Shown piece by piece: positions 41,925 through 52,143 of a stretch of DNA of 63,924 nt. The notes beneath the pieces are model-generated. The model saw only the letters and a program-made list of their open reading frames with translations. It ran no database searches and was not told the origin of the DNA. Each line of letters begins with the position of its first letter. The stretch's first letter is position 1. The translations under genes were made by a program, and so were the position numbers. The DNA is taken from positions 1-63,924 of the forward strand of contig CAZRAK010000001.1 of NCBI GenBank assembly GCA_964598135.1, given 5' to 3'. The stretch is from an uncultured Campylobacterales bacterium. Its GTDB lineage: Bacteria; Campylobacterota; Campylobacteria; Campylobacterales; Sulfurospirillaceae.

Positions 41925-43253
41925 ATGAGCACGAATCAATCGTCGCAAAACAACAAACCAAACAATCACCACAGAAAAACAAGAACGCATGTACCAGTAG
42001 AAGGTTATAAGATAGAAAACCTAAGGGGCATGGGGCTTGAAAAATTAATCGAAATTGCAACTAAACTAAATGTTGAAAATCCAAATGAGCTAAAAAGACA
42101 AGATTTGATGTTTGAGATACTAAAATCTCAAGTCAGCAAAGGTGGTTTTATACTATTTACTGGTATTTTGGAAATTACTCATGATGGATACGGCTTTTTA
42201 AGAACAACTGATACAAATCTCAGTGATAGTACAAATGATGCTTATGTAAGTGCCACACAGGTCAAAAAATTTGCCCTAAGAAATGGTGATATAGTTACAG
42301 GGCAAGTTAGACCTCCAAAAGACCAAGAGAGATACTACGCTCTTCTTAAGATAGAGGCTATCAACTATCTGCCTATGCTTGACAGCAAGAAAAGACCACT
42401 TTTTGAAAACTTAACTCCTGTTTATCCAACCGAACAAATCAAACTAGAATATAATCCTATGAAAATAACAGGTAGAGTCTTAGATCTTTTTACGCCTATT
42501 GGAAAAGGGCAAAGAGGTTTGATAGTTGCACCTCCACGAAGTGGGAAAACTGAACTTATGAAAGAGTTGGCTCACGGCATTGCACAAAATCACCCAGAGG
42601 TCGAATTAATAGTTTTACTCGTGGACGAACGCCCCGAAGAGGTAACTGACATGCAAAGATGCGTAAAAGGTGAAGTATATAGTTCAACATTTGACATGCC
42701 AGCAACTAACCATGTAAGAGTAGCAAATTTAGTAATAGAAAAAGCAAAAAGACGGGTTGAAATGGGCAAAGACATAGTGATACTGCTTGATTCTATCACT
42801 AGACTAGCACGAGCTTACAATACAGTAACCCCCTCAAGCGGAAAGATACTTAGTGGTGGTGTTGATGCAAATGCTCTTCATAAACCAAAAAGATTTTTTG
42901 GAGCGGCTAGAAATATAGAAAACGGTGGAAGTCTCACTATTATTTCAACTGCACTTATCGAAACAGGTAGTAGGATGGATGAAGTAATTTTTGAAGAGTT
43001 TAAGGGTACGGGAAATAGTGAAGTCGTTCTTGATAGAAATATTTCGGATAGAAGAATATACCCAGCTATAAACATAATGAAATCAGCTACAAGAAAAGAG
43101 GAGTTGCTACTAAGTCCAGATAATTTACAAAAGATTTGGGCTATTAGAGCAGCTATTGCTCAGATGGAAGATATAGAAGCTCTAAAATTTTTATATGCAA
43201 AAATGCTGAAAACAAAAGACAATGAAGAGTTGCTTTCTACTCTAAATGACTAA
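41925..43253 (+). CDS. rho: Transcription termination factor Rho
   Basis: [32 protein letters not shown] and DSITRLARA; ATG 41925 after SD GAAGG. Confidence 0.97.
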   Translation: MSTNQSSQNNKPNNHHRKTRTHVPVEGYKIENLRGMGLEKLIEIATKLNVENPNELKRQDLMFEILKSQVSKGGFILFTGILEITHDGYGFLRTTDTNLSDSTNDAYVSATQVKKFALRNGDIVTGQVRPPKDQERYYALLKIEAINYLPMLDSKKRPLFENLTPVYPTEQIKLEYNPMKITGRVLDLFTPIGKGQRGLIVAPPRSGKTELMKELAHGIAQNHPEVELIVLLVDERPEEVTDMQRCVKGEVYSSTFDMPATNHVRVANLVIEKAKRRVEMGKDIVILLDSITRLARAYNTVTPSSGKILSGGVDANALHKPKRFFGAARNIENGGSLTIISTALIETGSRMDEVIFEEFKGTGNSEVVLDRNISDRRIYPAINIMKSATRKEELLLSPDNLQKIWAIRAAIAQMEDIEALKFLYAKMLKTKDNEELLSTLND

Positions 43254-43278
43254 AATAGTGGGAGTTTTTCCACTATTT
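43253..43278. terminator. Hairpin between convergent rho and small lipoprotein gene
   Basis: AAATAGTGGGAG / TTTCCACTATTT inverted repeat. Confidence 0.6.
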
Positions 43279-43389
43279 ACTTTTTGATGCTCTATGAAAT
43301 GGGTTTTGATAATCTGTTTTTTCGCAACCAGCAGAAAAAGCCACTACAATAATCATCAACAATAAAAAAACAAAATTTTTTTTTATCAT
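43273..43389 (-). CDS. Small putative lipoprotein, 38 aa (MIKKNFVFLLLMIIVVAFSAGCEKTDYQNPFHRASKSK)
   Basis: SD GAGGT, basic n-region, hydrophobic h-region, lipobox-like FSAG-C; candidate TGcTATTAT -10 upstream. Confidence 0.7.
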   Translation of the reverse strand: MIKKNFVFLLLMIIVVAFSAGCEKTDYQNPFHRASKSK

Positions 43390-43449
43390 AACTACCTCTA
43401 ATTTTTTTTAAGATATAATAGCATAAAAATCTAAAGATAAGGTTTTAAT

Positions 43450-45066
43450 TTGTCACAAGTACTTGCTCTAAAATATCGACCAAAATCATTTGATGGAATT
43501 ATTGGTCAAAATTCTGTCACTCAAACTCTATCATTAGCATTAAATCAAGACAGGCTATCTCATGCTTATCTATTTTCTGGGCTAAGAGGGAGTGGGAAAA
43601 CTTCTACTGCTAGGATTTTTTCAAAAGCTCTTATATGTGAAAAAGGTCCTACTGCCACGCCTTGTGAAGAGTGTGAAAATTGCAAAATGGCAAATGAAAA
43701 TCGTCACATAGACATAATAGAGATGGACGCAGCAAGTAGCAGAAAAATTGATGACATAAGAGAGCTTATAGAACACACAAAGTACAAACCAAATAGTGCA
43801 AGATATAAGATTTTTATCATAGATGAAGTGCATATGCTTACAAAAGAGGCCTTTAATGCCCTTTTAAAAACATTAGAAGAACCTCCTAGTTATGTAAAAT
43901 TTATATTAGCAACTACTGATCCATTAAAACTTCCACCAACAATACTATCAAGAACTCAACATTTTAGATTTAAACAAATTGGACAAAAAGATGTAGTAAA
44001 CCACCTATCTCATATACTAAATTTAGAAAACATGAAGTATGAGATAGAGGCTTTAGAAATGCTTAGTCGTGCAGGCAATGGCTCTCTTCGAGATACCCTA
44101 ACCCTACTTGACCAAGCTATGATATTTTCCAAAGGAGACATAACAGCTCCAAGTGTTGCCTCTATGCTAGGACTACTAGATCCCAAAGAGTTGGATTTGA
44201 TATTTGAAACCATACTCAATAAAGACAAAATAAAGATGCTTGAAATCCTAAAAAAGCTTGAAACATATGAGTGTGAAGTAGTTTTAGATGAAATTATAGC
44301 TTATCTAAAATCTGCTTTTTTTAAGAGTGAGAGTAGATTTTCCACACTTTTATATGAGAGATTTTTTAGAATTCTAAGTGAAGCAAAGAATCTTCTTTAC
44401 ATAAACGCTGACAACTCTTTTGTATTGTCTTTGGTGTTTTTTAAGATGATTGAAGCTACTAATATAAAAACTATAGAAGAGATAATAGAAAATTTAGAAA
44501 ATGAAAAATTTAGAGTTGGACAAAACGAAGTGTCACCTATGACAAATACAAATCAAGGAGCCCCAACTCTAAAGAAAGAGATCATGATACAAGAAAAAAG
44601 AGTTCCGATATATGAGAGTGAATTTAGCAAATTGATTACACTTCTTAAAGATAGAAATATTGATGTTGGCAACTGCTTTGAGCAATCCATCTCTTTTATC
44701 GGCTTTGAAAACAAAACTCTTACTATGAACTCACATGCCAATGAAAATTGCAAAAAAATACTTCGTCATGCCTCAAGTATCATCAAGCATTTCGTACAAG
44801 AAGTATTTGGAATTGAGACAATCATCAAAATGCAAAAAAGCTCACCAAAACATATAGAAAAGAAAAATGAGTCAAAAGAAGTTCAAGCAAAATTAAAACC
44901 CGAAACACCCAATCATGAGGGTGAAAATTGCGGAAGCTGCGTTGCAGAGCATTTAGCAAAAGATGTAAAAGAGATAGACGCAAACGAAATTTTAAGCGCT
45001 CCTTTTATAAAAAAAGCAACAGAGCTGTTTGATGTAAAAAAAATAGAGATACATCCTAAAGTTTAA
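43450..45066 (+). CDS. dnaX: DNA polymerase III gamma/tau subunit
   Basis: LALKYRP, HAYLFSGLRGSGKT, DEVHML and FNALLKTLEEP; TTG start. Confidence 0.96.
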   Translation: MSQVLALKYRPKSFDGIIGQNSVTQTLSLALNQDRLSHAYLFSGLRGSGKTSTARIFSKALICEKGPTATPCEECENCKMANENRHIDIIEMDAASSRKIDDIRELIEHTKYKPNSARYKIFIIDEVHMLTKEAFNALLKTLEEPPSYVKFILATTDPLKLPPTILSRTQHFRFKQIGQKDVVNHLSHILNLENMKYEIEALEMLSRAGNGSLRDTLTLLDQAMIFSKGDITAPSVASMLGLLDPKELDLIFETILNKDKIKMLEILKKLETYECEVVLDEIIAYLKSAFFKSESRFSTLLYERFFRILSEAKNLLYINADNSFVLSLVFFKMIEATNIKTIEEIIENLENEKFRVGQNEVSPMTNTNQGAPTLKKEIMIQEKRVPIYESEFSKLITLLKDRNIDVGNCFEQSISFIGFENKTLTMNSHANENCKKILRHASSIIKHFVQEVFGIETIIKMQKSSPKHIEKKNESKEVQAKLKPETPNHEGENCGSCVAEHLAKDVKEIDANEILSAPFIKKATELFDVKKIEIHPKV

Positions 45067-45075
45067 TACACTGTA

Positions 45076-45642
45076 TTAAACTTGAACTCTAGCGTTCATT
45101 GCTTTTGAAAGAGAAAGCATATCTACATTTTCCAGATGTACACCTGTCGGAACTCCTTGAGCTATTTTTGTAAATTTTATGTCTAAATCTTTTAGATTTT
45201 CCTCTACAAAAAATATAACAGCATCATTTGATATGGAAGGTGTAAGCGCAAAAATCATCTCTTTTACTCCCTTGTCTGCTCTATCCTTTAAATTTTCCAT
45301 ACTCTTTTTTTCTAAATTTACTAGCACAAAGTATTTCCCATCAAAAAGACTATTCTCCTCCAAAATAAAGATATCCTTTGCATTTTCCACAATGCAAAGC
45401 TTTTTATCATCTCTTTGTTCATCTAAACAAATCTCACATATCTCATTTTCACTCAAGCCCCCACAAGTATGGCATTTTTTGATGGATTTTACTGCACTTT
45501 CTATTGAATTTGACAATTTCATCGCTAAAAAAGTATCATTTAGTATAAGATGATAAGCAAATCTAAGAGCTGATTTTTTTCCGATAGTAGGTATAGACTC
45601 AAATGCTTCAACTAAATTATTGAATTTTTCTAAGCGTTTCAT
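45076..45642 (-). CDS. recR: Recombination mediator RecR
   Basis: IPTIGKKSALR, C4 zinc finger and Toprim domain (IAQGVPTG). Confidence 0.93.
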   Translation of the reverse strand: MKRLEKFNNLVEAFESIPTIGKKSALRFAYHLILNDTFLAMKLSNSIESAVKSIKKCHTCGGLSENEICEICLDEQRDDKKLCIVENAKDIFILEENSLFDGKYFVLVNLEKKSMENLKDRADKGVKEMIFALTPSISNDAVIFFVEENLKDLDIKFTKIAQGVPTGVHLENVDMLSLSKAMNARVQV

Positions 45643-45803
45643 TCAACTGTTTCCTTTATCAAAAGCAAAGCTCTTGATAAATTCCTTGCACTAAAGCTTC
45701 GTCTTACGACGAGAAAAAAACTATCAACTGTTTCCTTTATCAAAAGCAAAGCTCTTGATAAATTCCTTGCACTAAAGCTACTCATAATCTCTTCTTTTTT
45801 CAT
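45639..45803 (-). mobile_element. Tandem pair of the SD-associated hairpin element (81-bp period); encodes 54-aa linker ORF between racS and recR
   Basis: 56-bp identical direct repeat 45643-45698 / 45724-45779; stop-free frame from ATG 45803 to TGA 45641-45639; mobility is inferred. Confidence 0.7.
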
Positions 45804-47026
45804 ATTATAATCTTAAATTGATGGATTTTTTTATCTTCAAAATATCGATACTCTAGTACAAAATTATGAAACTGTATTATATTGTTTACTATATACAATC
45901 CTAACCCTAAACCTTTTTTCAGGTTTCCCGAAACAAAAGGTTTGAAATACTCCTCTATATCCAAAGGTAATTTCTCACCTATATTTTTAAAAATTATAGC
46001 ATTATTTTCAGTTTTTACCTCGACACTATTGTTACTGCTGTGTTTTATAGCATTATCCATCAAATTTTTTATAGCTAATGCCATCAATTCAAAATCTGCC
46101 AATATTATGCATTCGCTATCAATATCAACTTGAACTACCTCATCTCTTCTTTCTGATTCTAACATCAACAAATCAATGCTGTGTTCCATTATATAAACTA
46201 GGTTATACTCTTCAAAATTTGGAGTGTAGCTTTTGGCAACTAGTTGTTCTATTTTGGAAAACTCTCTTATTAGGATATCTAACCTTTCAAATATAGTTAT
46301 AAGCCTATTTTTGGCTTTTTCATCCTCAAGCATTTCAGAGACAATCCTACCCTTGCCTATTGGAGTTTTTAATTCATGCATAATAGTTCTTAGAAAAAGT
46401 TGTCTTGAATTCATAAGTGCTGCAATCTTTTTTACAGCCCCGTCAAATTCATTTGCTACTTCCGCTATCTCATCATCTTGGTCACTTTTGCAATCTATAT
46501 CCATATTGCCGCTAGCAAATTCTCTTATCTTGTCTTGGAGCTCCTTTAAAGGCGAAATACTTCGTAAAATTGAGATATACATGGATATAAAAACAATCAA
46601 AGCTATCACAAAACCCAGCCATAATTGCCTATTATTTTTGCTTGGTGCCGTACTTTCAAGCAAAACACTTGCCATCATATTATCAACCATCAAATAGTAT
46701 TTTTCATTATATATTATAGAGGAAAAACGATTAAAATTTATAGTTTTTTGGTAAAGTACTGTTCCTTGTGTTAAAACTGCAGTTTTAAGAGTTGGATTTT
46801 CTACTTTTTTAAGACCAAAAGTGTGAAAATATTCCTCGATATTTCTTGGTGTATAATTATTTTTATAAAGAGTAAAAAGATAATTTATAGATTGAAATTG
46901 GCTCTTTTTCATACTCTCTATATTATTCTCTTCTTGATACTTAAAAAGCAAAATAAAAAACATTCCTAAAAGTATCAAAGAAAAAACAAAGATAATAGTA
47001 ATTTTGGTACTTAATGATTGCTTCAT
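45800..47026 (-). CDS. racS: Sensor histidine kinase (RacS/ArsS-like)
   Basis: 2 TM, HAMP, MHELKTP, NLMDNAIKH and GLGLGL; between racR-like gene and recR. Confidence 0.75.
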   Translation of the reverse strand: MKQSLSTKITIIFVFSLILLGMFFILLFKYQEENNIESMKKSQFQSINYLFTLYKNNYTPRNIEEYFHTFGLKKVENPTLKTAVLTQGTVLYQKTINFNRFSSIIYNEKYYLMVDNMMASVLLESTAPSKNNRQLWLGFVIALIVFISMYISILRSISPLKELQDKIREFASGNMDIDCKSDQDDEIAEVANEFDGAVKKIAALMNSRQLFLRTIMHELKTPIGKGRIVSEMLEDEKAKNRLITIFERLDILIREFSKIEQLVAKSYTPNFEEYNLVYIMEHSIDLLMLESERRDEVVQVDIDSECIILADFELMALAIKNLMDNAIKHSSNNSVEVKTENNAIIFKNIGEKLPLDIEEYFKPFVSGNLKKGLGLGLYIVNNIIQFHNFVLEYRYFEDKKIHQFKIII

Positions 47027-47703
47027 CCGATTAATTTATATCCTATTCCTCTTACCGAATGTATATATTTTGGATTTTTTGAGCTATCACCTATCTTACT
47101 TCTTAGCCTCCCCATAATTACATCTAAACTTTTGCTCCCTTTATCTTTCAAAGAGCTACAGTTGTAAACGAGCTGTTCTCTTGATATTGAATATCCTATC
47201 TGTTTAATCATATATGACAAAATCTCGTACTCTGCAGGGGTAAGATTTAATGGTTCATTTTTTAAGAAAATTTGATGTCTCTTTTCATCAACTCTAAAGT
47301 CACTATCGCTGTTAGCTCCACTATTTTCATTTAAGGCATTAGTTTTTTTATATCTTCTTATGAGGCTTTGAATACGGGCATACATCTCTTTTGGATCATA
47401 CGGTTTTGGTAGATAGTCATCAGCTCCAATTTGAAGCCCTATAACCTTATCGCTTATGTCGCTTCTAGCTGAAGATATGATTATGGGTATATTGTATTTT
47501 TCAACTACTTCTTTACAAACATCTAGACCATCTATACCTGGAAGTGTGAGGTCAAGTATCAAAAGATCATAATTTTTTATACCTGCGCTAAGCCCAAGAT
47601 ATGGGTCTTCGTAGTTTGTTATCTTTATATTATATTTTGCTAAATATTCACCTAAAATCTCTGCAAATTCTGTATCATCTTCAATCATTAGTACATTTAT
47701 CAT
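47023..47703 (-). CDS. racR: OmpR-family response regulator (RacR-like)
   Basis: MINVLMIEDD, DLTLPGIDG, GADDYLPKPYDPKEMYARI and winged helix; start at second Met after SD AAGGG. Confidence 0.8.
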   Translation of the reverse strand: MINVLMIEDDTEFAEILGEYLAKYNIKITNYEDPYLGLSAGIKNYDLLILDLTLPGIDGLDVCKEVVEKYNIPIIISSARSDISDKVIGLQIGADDYLPKPYDPKEMYARIQSLIRRYKKTNALNENSGANSDSDFRVDEKRHQIFLKNEPLNLTPAEYEILSYMIKQIGYSISREQLVYNCSSLKDKGSKSLDVIMGRLRSKIGDSSKNPKYIHSVRGIGYKLIG

Positions 47704-47750
47704 GTATAAACCCTTAGAATTTTTATACATTATTATACCATTTTAGTTTT

Positions 47751-47779
47751 AAAAAAGGCAGAAAAATCCTGCCTTTTTT
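47751..47779 (-). terminator. Intrinsic terminator after Spy/CpxP-like gene
   Basis: AAAAAAGGCAG...CTGCCTTTTTT. Confidence 0.75.
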
Positions 47780-47781
47780 AC

Positions 47782-48345
47782 TTATTTAGTTATATTTTTT
47801 TTGAGTTGAGCTATTTGCTCTTTTGTAAGTACTTTGAACATTTTTTCCAAATTATCCGCTTTCAAATTTAGTATCTTGTCATGCATCTTTTCCATTTGCT
47901 TTTTAAATGCTGCCTTATTGAATCCTTTGTTGGTTATAAAATTAAACATATTTTTTCTTTGATTTGGTCCCATTTGCTTTCTCATCTCAAGTCTCATCTC
48001 ATCTCTTAAAATTGAGATTTTATACTTTTGGGTTTCATTTAGATTGAGGTTTTGGAACATATTCATCATCTTGGCTTGAGACCCCATCATAGACATCATT
48101 CCACGCTTTGACATCATTCCTTGTTGACTTCCCATCATGCCTTGTCGACCTTGACTTAACATCTTGCCTCTTTGATTCATTCTACCTTGTTGCGTTTGCA
48201 TATAACCTCTTTGGTTCATATATTGACCACTTTGTTGTTGACCCATCATCATACCACCATTTTGGTCATTATCTCCACCGTGTGCAAATCCTGTTACAGT
48301 TAATACGCTTACCAATAATCCTGTTGCTAAAATTTTCTTGTTCAT
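47782..48345 (-). CDS. Periplasmic Spy/CpxP-like protein with Met/Gln/Gly-rich region
   Basis: Signal peptide; LNLNETQK and VLTKEQ (LTXXQ-type) motifs. Confidence 0.75.
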   Translation of the reverse strand: MNKKILATGLLVSVLTVTGFAHGGDNDQNGGMMMGQQQSGQYMNQRGYMQTQQGRMNQRGKMLSQGRQGMMGSQQGMMSKRGMMSMMGSQAKMMNMFQNLNLNETQKYKISILRDEMRLEMRKQMGPNQRKNMFNFITNKGFNKAAFKKQMEKMHDKILNLKADNLEKMFKVLTKEQIAQLKKNITK

Positions 48346-48355
48346 CTTGTTTTCC

Positions 48356-48595
48356 TTATTTTAAAGTTTTTTTTATATTAAGAAATTCCTCTTTGGAAAT
48401 TTCACCTCTTACTAACCTCTCTCCCAATATCCCCAATGCATTGTTATTTTTTTTTATGCTTACGCCATCTTTTTTGAAGTAGTTTACAAGTAAAAATATT
48501 ACAATTGCAACTACTATCCAAAAGATAAGTCCTGCTCCTGAAAAATACCCCATTGAACCCATCTGTCCCATATATCCGTATCCTTGTCCAAACAT
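48356..48595 (-). CDS. Small SHOCT-domain membrane protein
   Basis: Gly/Met-rich N-terminus, 1 TM and ILGERLVRGEISKEEF; ATG 48595 after SD AAGGA. Confidence 0.8.
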   Translation of the reverse strand: MFGQGYGYMGQMGSMGYFSGAGLIFWIVVAIVIFLLVNYFKKDGVSIKKNNNALGILGERLVRGEISKEEFLNIKKTLK

Positions 48596-48750
48596 TTTGG
48601 CTTCCTTTTTTTTGTTTCGATATTGAAAGTATAAAACTTTACCCGTAACCATATTTGAATGATTTGTTAATGCATCTTAACAAGCATTGAAAAATAATCA
48701 TAATTTTGGTAGAATTGCATACTTACAATTCTACAAGAAAGAGAAACAAA

Positions 48751-49881
48751 TTGGATTTAGAATATTATGAAATACTTAAAATCGATAGAGATGCGGATAG
48801 TGGTGCTATAAAAAAAGCATATAGAAAGCAAGCCTTAAAATATCATCCAGACAGAAATCAGGGTGATAAAAAAGCAGAAGAAAAATTTAAAATAGTAAAC
48901 GAGGCTTATCAAGTGCTAAGTGACCCTCAGAAAAAAGCTACTTATGACAGATATGGTAAGGCTGGGCTTGATTCACAAGGCTTTAGTCACTTTTCTGATA
49001 TGGATTATGGAGATATTATGGGTGATCTTGGCTCAATATTTGAGTCAGTTTTTGGTGGAGGATTTAGTGGTGGTTTTAGCAGGAGCAATAACCAAAAAAA
49101 TCAAAAATACCAACTAGACCTAGAATCTAGCATAACACTAAAATTTAACGAAGCTGCATTTGGCTGTAAAAAAGAGATTAAATTTACCTATAAGAAACCA
49201 TGTTTAGCATGTGATGGAACGGGGAGTGAAGACAAGACAACACATAGCTGTCCTAATTGTCACGGTAAGGGTCAAGTATTTTATAGACAAGGCTTCATGA
49301 CATACTCTCAAACATGTCCAACTTGCGATGGAAGTGGACAAAGTATCCAAAATAGATGTTCTATTTGTAGTGGAAAAGGCTATGATGATGTAAATGAAAA
49401 AGTTGATATTGATATACCTGAGGGTATCGACAATGACAACCGTATAAGAGTAGCAAATAAGGGTAATATTGACGATTTAAGCAGAAGAGGAGATTTGTAT
49501 ATACTTGTTAAAGTCAAAGAAGATGAGCATTTTGTCAGACACAATGATGATGTTTATATAGAAGTCCCTATCTTTTTTACTCAAATTGCACTAGGTCAAA
49601 GTATCACAATACCAACACTAAGAGGTGAAACCATACTAGAATTACCAATGGGAGCAAAAGACAAACAACAATTTATCTTTAAAAACGAGGGTATAAAAAA
49701 TGTTCACTCTCTAAAATTAGGTAGTCTAATAGCCCAGATAAGAATCAAATACCCTAAAAAACTCACAAGCGAACAACAAGAGTTATTAGAAAAACTCCAA
49801 ACAAACTTCGGTGTGAAAAATATACCTCAAGAAGAGACATTTGGAGGAGTATTTGAAAAGATAAAAGGCTGGTTCAATTAA
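48751..49881 (+). CDS. dnaJ: Chaperone DnaJ
   Basis: J domain HPD, G/F region and four CxxCxGxG; probable TTG start 48751. Confidence 0.96.
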   Translation: MDLEYYEILKIDRDADSGAIKKAYRKQALKYHPDRNQGDKKAEEKFKIVNEAYQVLSDPQKKATYDRYGKAGLDSQGFSHFSDMDYGDIMGDLGSIFESVFGGGFSGGFSRSNNQKNQKYQLDLESSITLKFNEAAFGCKKEIKFTYKKPCLACDGTGSEDKTTHSCPNCHGKGQVFYRQGFMTYSQTCPTCDGSGQSIQNRCSICSGKGYDDVNEKVDIDIPEGIDNDNRIRVANKGNIDDLSRRGDLYILVKVKEDEHFVRHNDDVYIEVPIFFTQIALGQSITIPTLRGETILELPMGAKDKQQFIFKNEGIKNVHSLKLGSLIAQIRIKYPKKLTSEQQELLEKLQTNFGVKNIPQEETFGGVFEKIKGWFN

Positions 49882-50497
49882 ATACTCATTTTTTTATAAT
49901 GGTGAAAAAATAGATTATACGATAATCACAAATAAAAAATTAAAAAACTTATACATTACGATAAACCCCACAAAAGGGGTTCTCGTAAAAAATCCAAACT
50001 ATCCACTTGTAAAAATCCAAGAAATTGTAAACTTAAAAGCTAAATGGATATACACTAAAGTCAAAAAAATAGATCAAAAATTAAGTATACAAAAGATATA
50101 TAAAACCAAAGGAGAAATCTTATTTCTTGGTTCAAGCAAAACAATACTGTCAAAAAACCTAAAAGATTTTTACACAAAAGAGACGAAAGAAATAGTCCTT
50201 AAAGAGATAAAAAGCATCTCTTTAAAAATGAGACTAAATCCCACAAAAATATCATTTAGAAAAACAAAAAACAGATGGGGAAGTTGTAATTATAAAAATG
50301 AACTAAGCTTTACTATAACCTTAGCTCAACTACCAATTGATTGCATAAGATACATCATAATCCACGAACTAGCTCACATAGCACATAAAAACCATAAAAG
50401 AGAGTTTTACAACACTATAAAAAAATTTATGCCTAATTTCAAAATTCAAGAAAAAATCTTAAAAGACTATTCCCCTAATTTAGAATATTTTAGCTAG
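49877..50497 (+). CDS. YgjP/M48 (DUF45) family zinc metalloprotein, probable ATT start
   Basis: RWGSC and HELAH..HKNH motifs; frame open from 49865 with no ATG/GTG/TTG before 50228. Confidence 0.7.
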   Translation: MKYSFFYNGEKIDYTIITNKKLKNLYITINPTKGVLVKNPNYPLVKIQEIVNLKAKWIYTKVKKIDQKLSIQKIYKTKGEILFLGSSKTILSKNLKDFYTKETKEIVLKEIKSISLKMRLNPTKISFRKTKNRWGSCNYKNELSFTITLAQLPIDCIRYIIIHELAHIAHKNHKREFYNTIKKFMPNFKIQEKILKDYSPNLEYFS

Positions 50498-52070
50498 TTT
50501 TAAATTGGTTTAATTTATTATTTAAATCATTGGCTAAACTTATAAGATGTTGTGCTGCATCTGAAATTTCACCAACACTTATTGTATTTTTTACTGAAAT
50601 TTTATTTATATCTTCAACCATTGTTATAATTTGGCTTAAATCATCTCCTGTTTTTATATAGTCTTCAACACTTTTTTCATTTACATTTGATGCTTGATGC
50701 ATTGTATTTGAAATAATATTTATTCTACTTTGTGTAGCCTCTGCCATTTTTGAAATTTTTTGATTTTTTTTCGCACTTGCGCTCATCTGCTCACTAGACT
50801 CATTGATTGATCGTGTAATTATATTTATTGTTGTATTTATTTCTACAAGACTTTTTTGTGTTCGTTCAGCCAAATTTCTAACTTCATCAGCAACAACTGC
50901 AAAACCTCTTCCGTGTTCGCCTGCTCTTGCTGCTTCTATTGCTGCATTTAGAGCTAAAAGATTTGTTTGATCTGCAATATCATCTATAATTTCCAATACA
51001 TTTTGCACATCATTAGCAGCCATACTCAACCCTTTAATTTTTTTAGCTAATTCTATCTCTTCTGCAGCATTTTCTTCTATAATTTCCGTTAACTTTATAA
51101 TTTCCTCTCTAGAGAGATTAAGACTTTCATTTGCTTCCATAATCTCTTTTTTATTATTTTCTACCTCCTTGATTGATTTAAGCATATTATCTTTAGATGC
51201 ATTTGCTTTTTTGGTAGTATTTTCTACTATATTCATTGATGTTTTAGCCATTCCTCTTAATTCTATAGATGCAGATGAAAGTTGATTTGCAATTGCAACA
51301 TTTTCGGAAGAAGACAATTTAGCATTTTGAACTAAATCACCTGTTTTTGAGATAAAACAGTTAATTTGCGTAAGAATTTCACCTATTTCATCATTTATAT
51401 TTACTTTCAATGTTTTTGTATAGTCCTGTGTTTGAGCCACATTTTTAGCAAATTTTTCAACATTTTCTAATCTTTGTAAAATAATTTTCTTAAATGCATA
51501 TAAAATTATAAGCATTACAATAATATTGACAATAATATTTATATAAGAGAGGGTATTTATCGTAGCCATTATTTTTTCAGAATTTTTATCATATATTTTT
51601 ACTGCATCATTGCTAAGCTTTAAAAGCTGAGTATTTTCTCTAAATTCATCACGACTCGACAAATTAGTCTCTTTTGTACTTGTAATTTTCTGAATTCTCT
51701 TATAAAAAGGGGTCCAAAGAGAGAGTATTTCACCTGTTTTCTTTCTGAAGCTATCACTCATTTTTATTTTAATTGTTTTGCCATTAATTAACATTTTACC
51801 GCTATTTTGATTACTAATAGTTTCATTAAATGCCGAAGCTGTTTTTGTTAGAAGAGAAAGATCTCCTGCTTTTCTAGTTTTATAATAGGTCAAGATTTCT
51901 TTAGTCATTTTTTGACTTAGCATTCTTTGCTTACCTAGGACATCAGCAATATAAGTCACTCTTCTACTAGAATTAACGAGAGAGCTTATATACAGATTCA
52001 TCGCTATAAATATTACTATGGATACAGATAATAACAAATATATTTTATTTTTAATACTAACACTTTTCAT
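50490..52070 (-). CDS. Methyl-accepting chemotaxis protein with PilJ/NarX-like sensor
   Basis: 2 [13 protein letters not shown]-box-like motif, HAMP and [27 protein letters not shown]. Confidence 0.92.
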   Translation of the reverse strand: MKSVSIKNKIYLLLSVSIVIFIAMNLYISSLVNSSRRVTYIADVLGKQRMLSQKMTKEILTYYKTRKAGDLSLLTKTASAFNETISNQNSGKMLINGKTIKIKMSDSFRKKTGEILSLWTPFYKRIQKITSTKETNLSSRDEFRENTQLLKLSNDAVKIYDKNSEKIMATINTLSYINIIVNIIVMLIILYAFKKIILQRLENVEKFAKNVAQTQDYTKTLKVNINDEIGEILTQINCFISKTGDLVQNAKLSSSENVAIANQLSSASIELRGMAKTSMNIVENTTKKANASKDNMLKSIKEVENNKKEIMEANESLNLSREEIIKLTEIIEENAAEEIELAKKIKGLSMAANDVQNVLEIIDDIADQTNLLALNAAIEAARAGEHGRGFAVVADEVRNLAERTQKSLVEINTTINIITRSINESSEQMSASAKKNQKISKMAEATQSRINIISNTMHQASNVNEKSVEDYIKTGDDLSQIITMVEDINKISVKNTISVGEISDAAQHLISLANDLNNKLNQFKTS

Positions 52071-52143
52071 ATCTAATCCTTATTACCAACGCTTTTATTT
52101 CTTAAAAACTTATTCTAACATCATTTAGTTAAAACTTTCGTTA

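Noticed and set aside
45643-45779. CRISPR-like repeat-spacer-repeat
   Set aside because: Only two 56-bp repeats, the 25-bp spacer is itself part of the dispersed element, and no cas genes are present.
48060-48260. Met/Gln/Gly low-complexity region as a DNA tandem repeat
   Set aside because: Degenerate at the DNA level and explained by protein composition.
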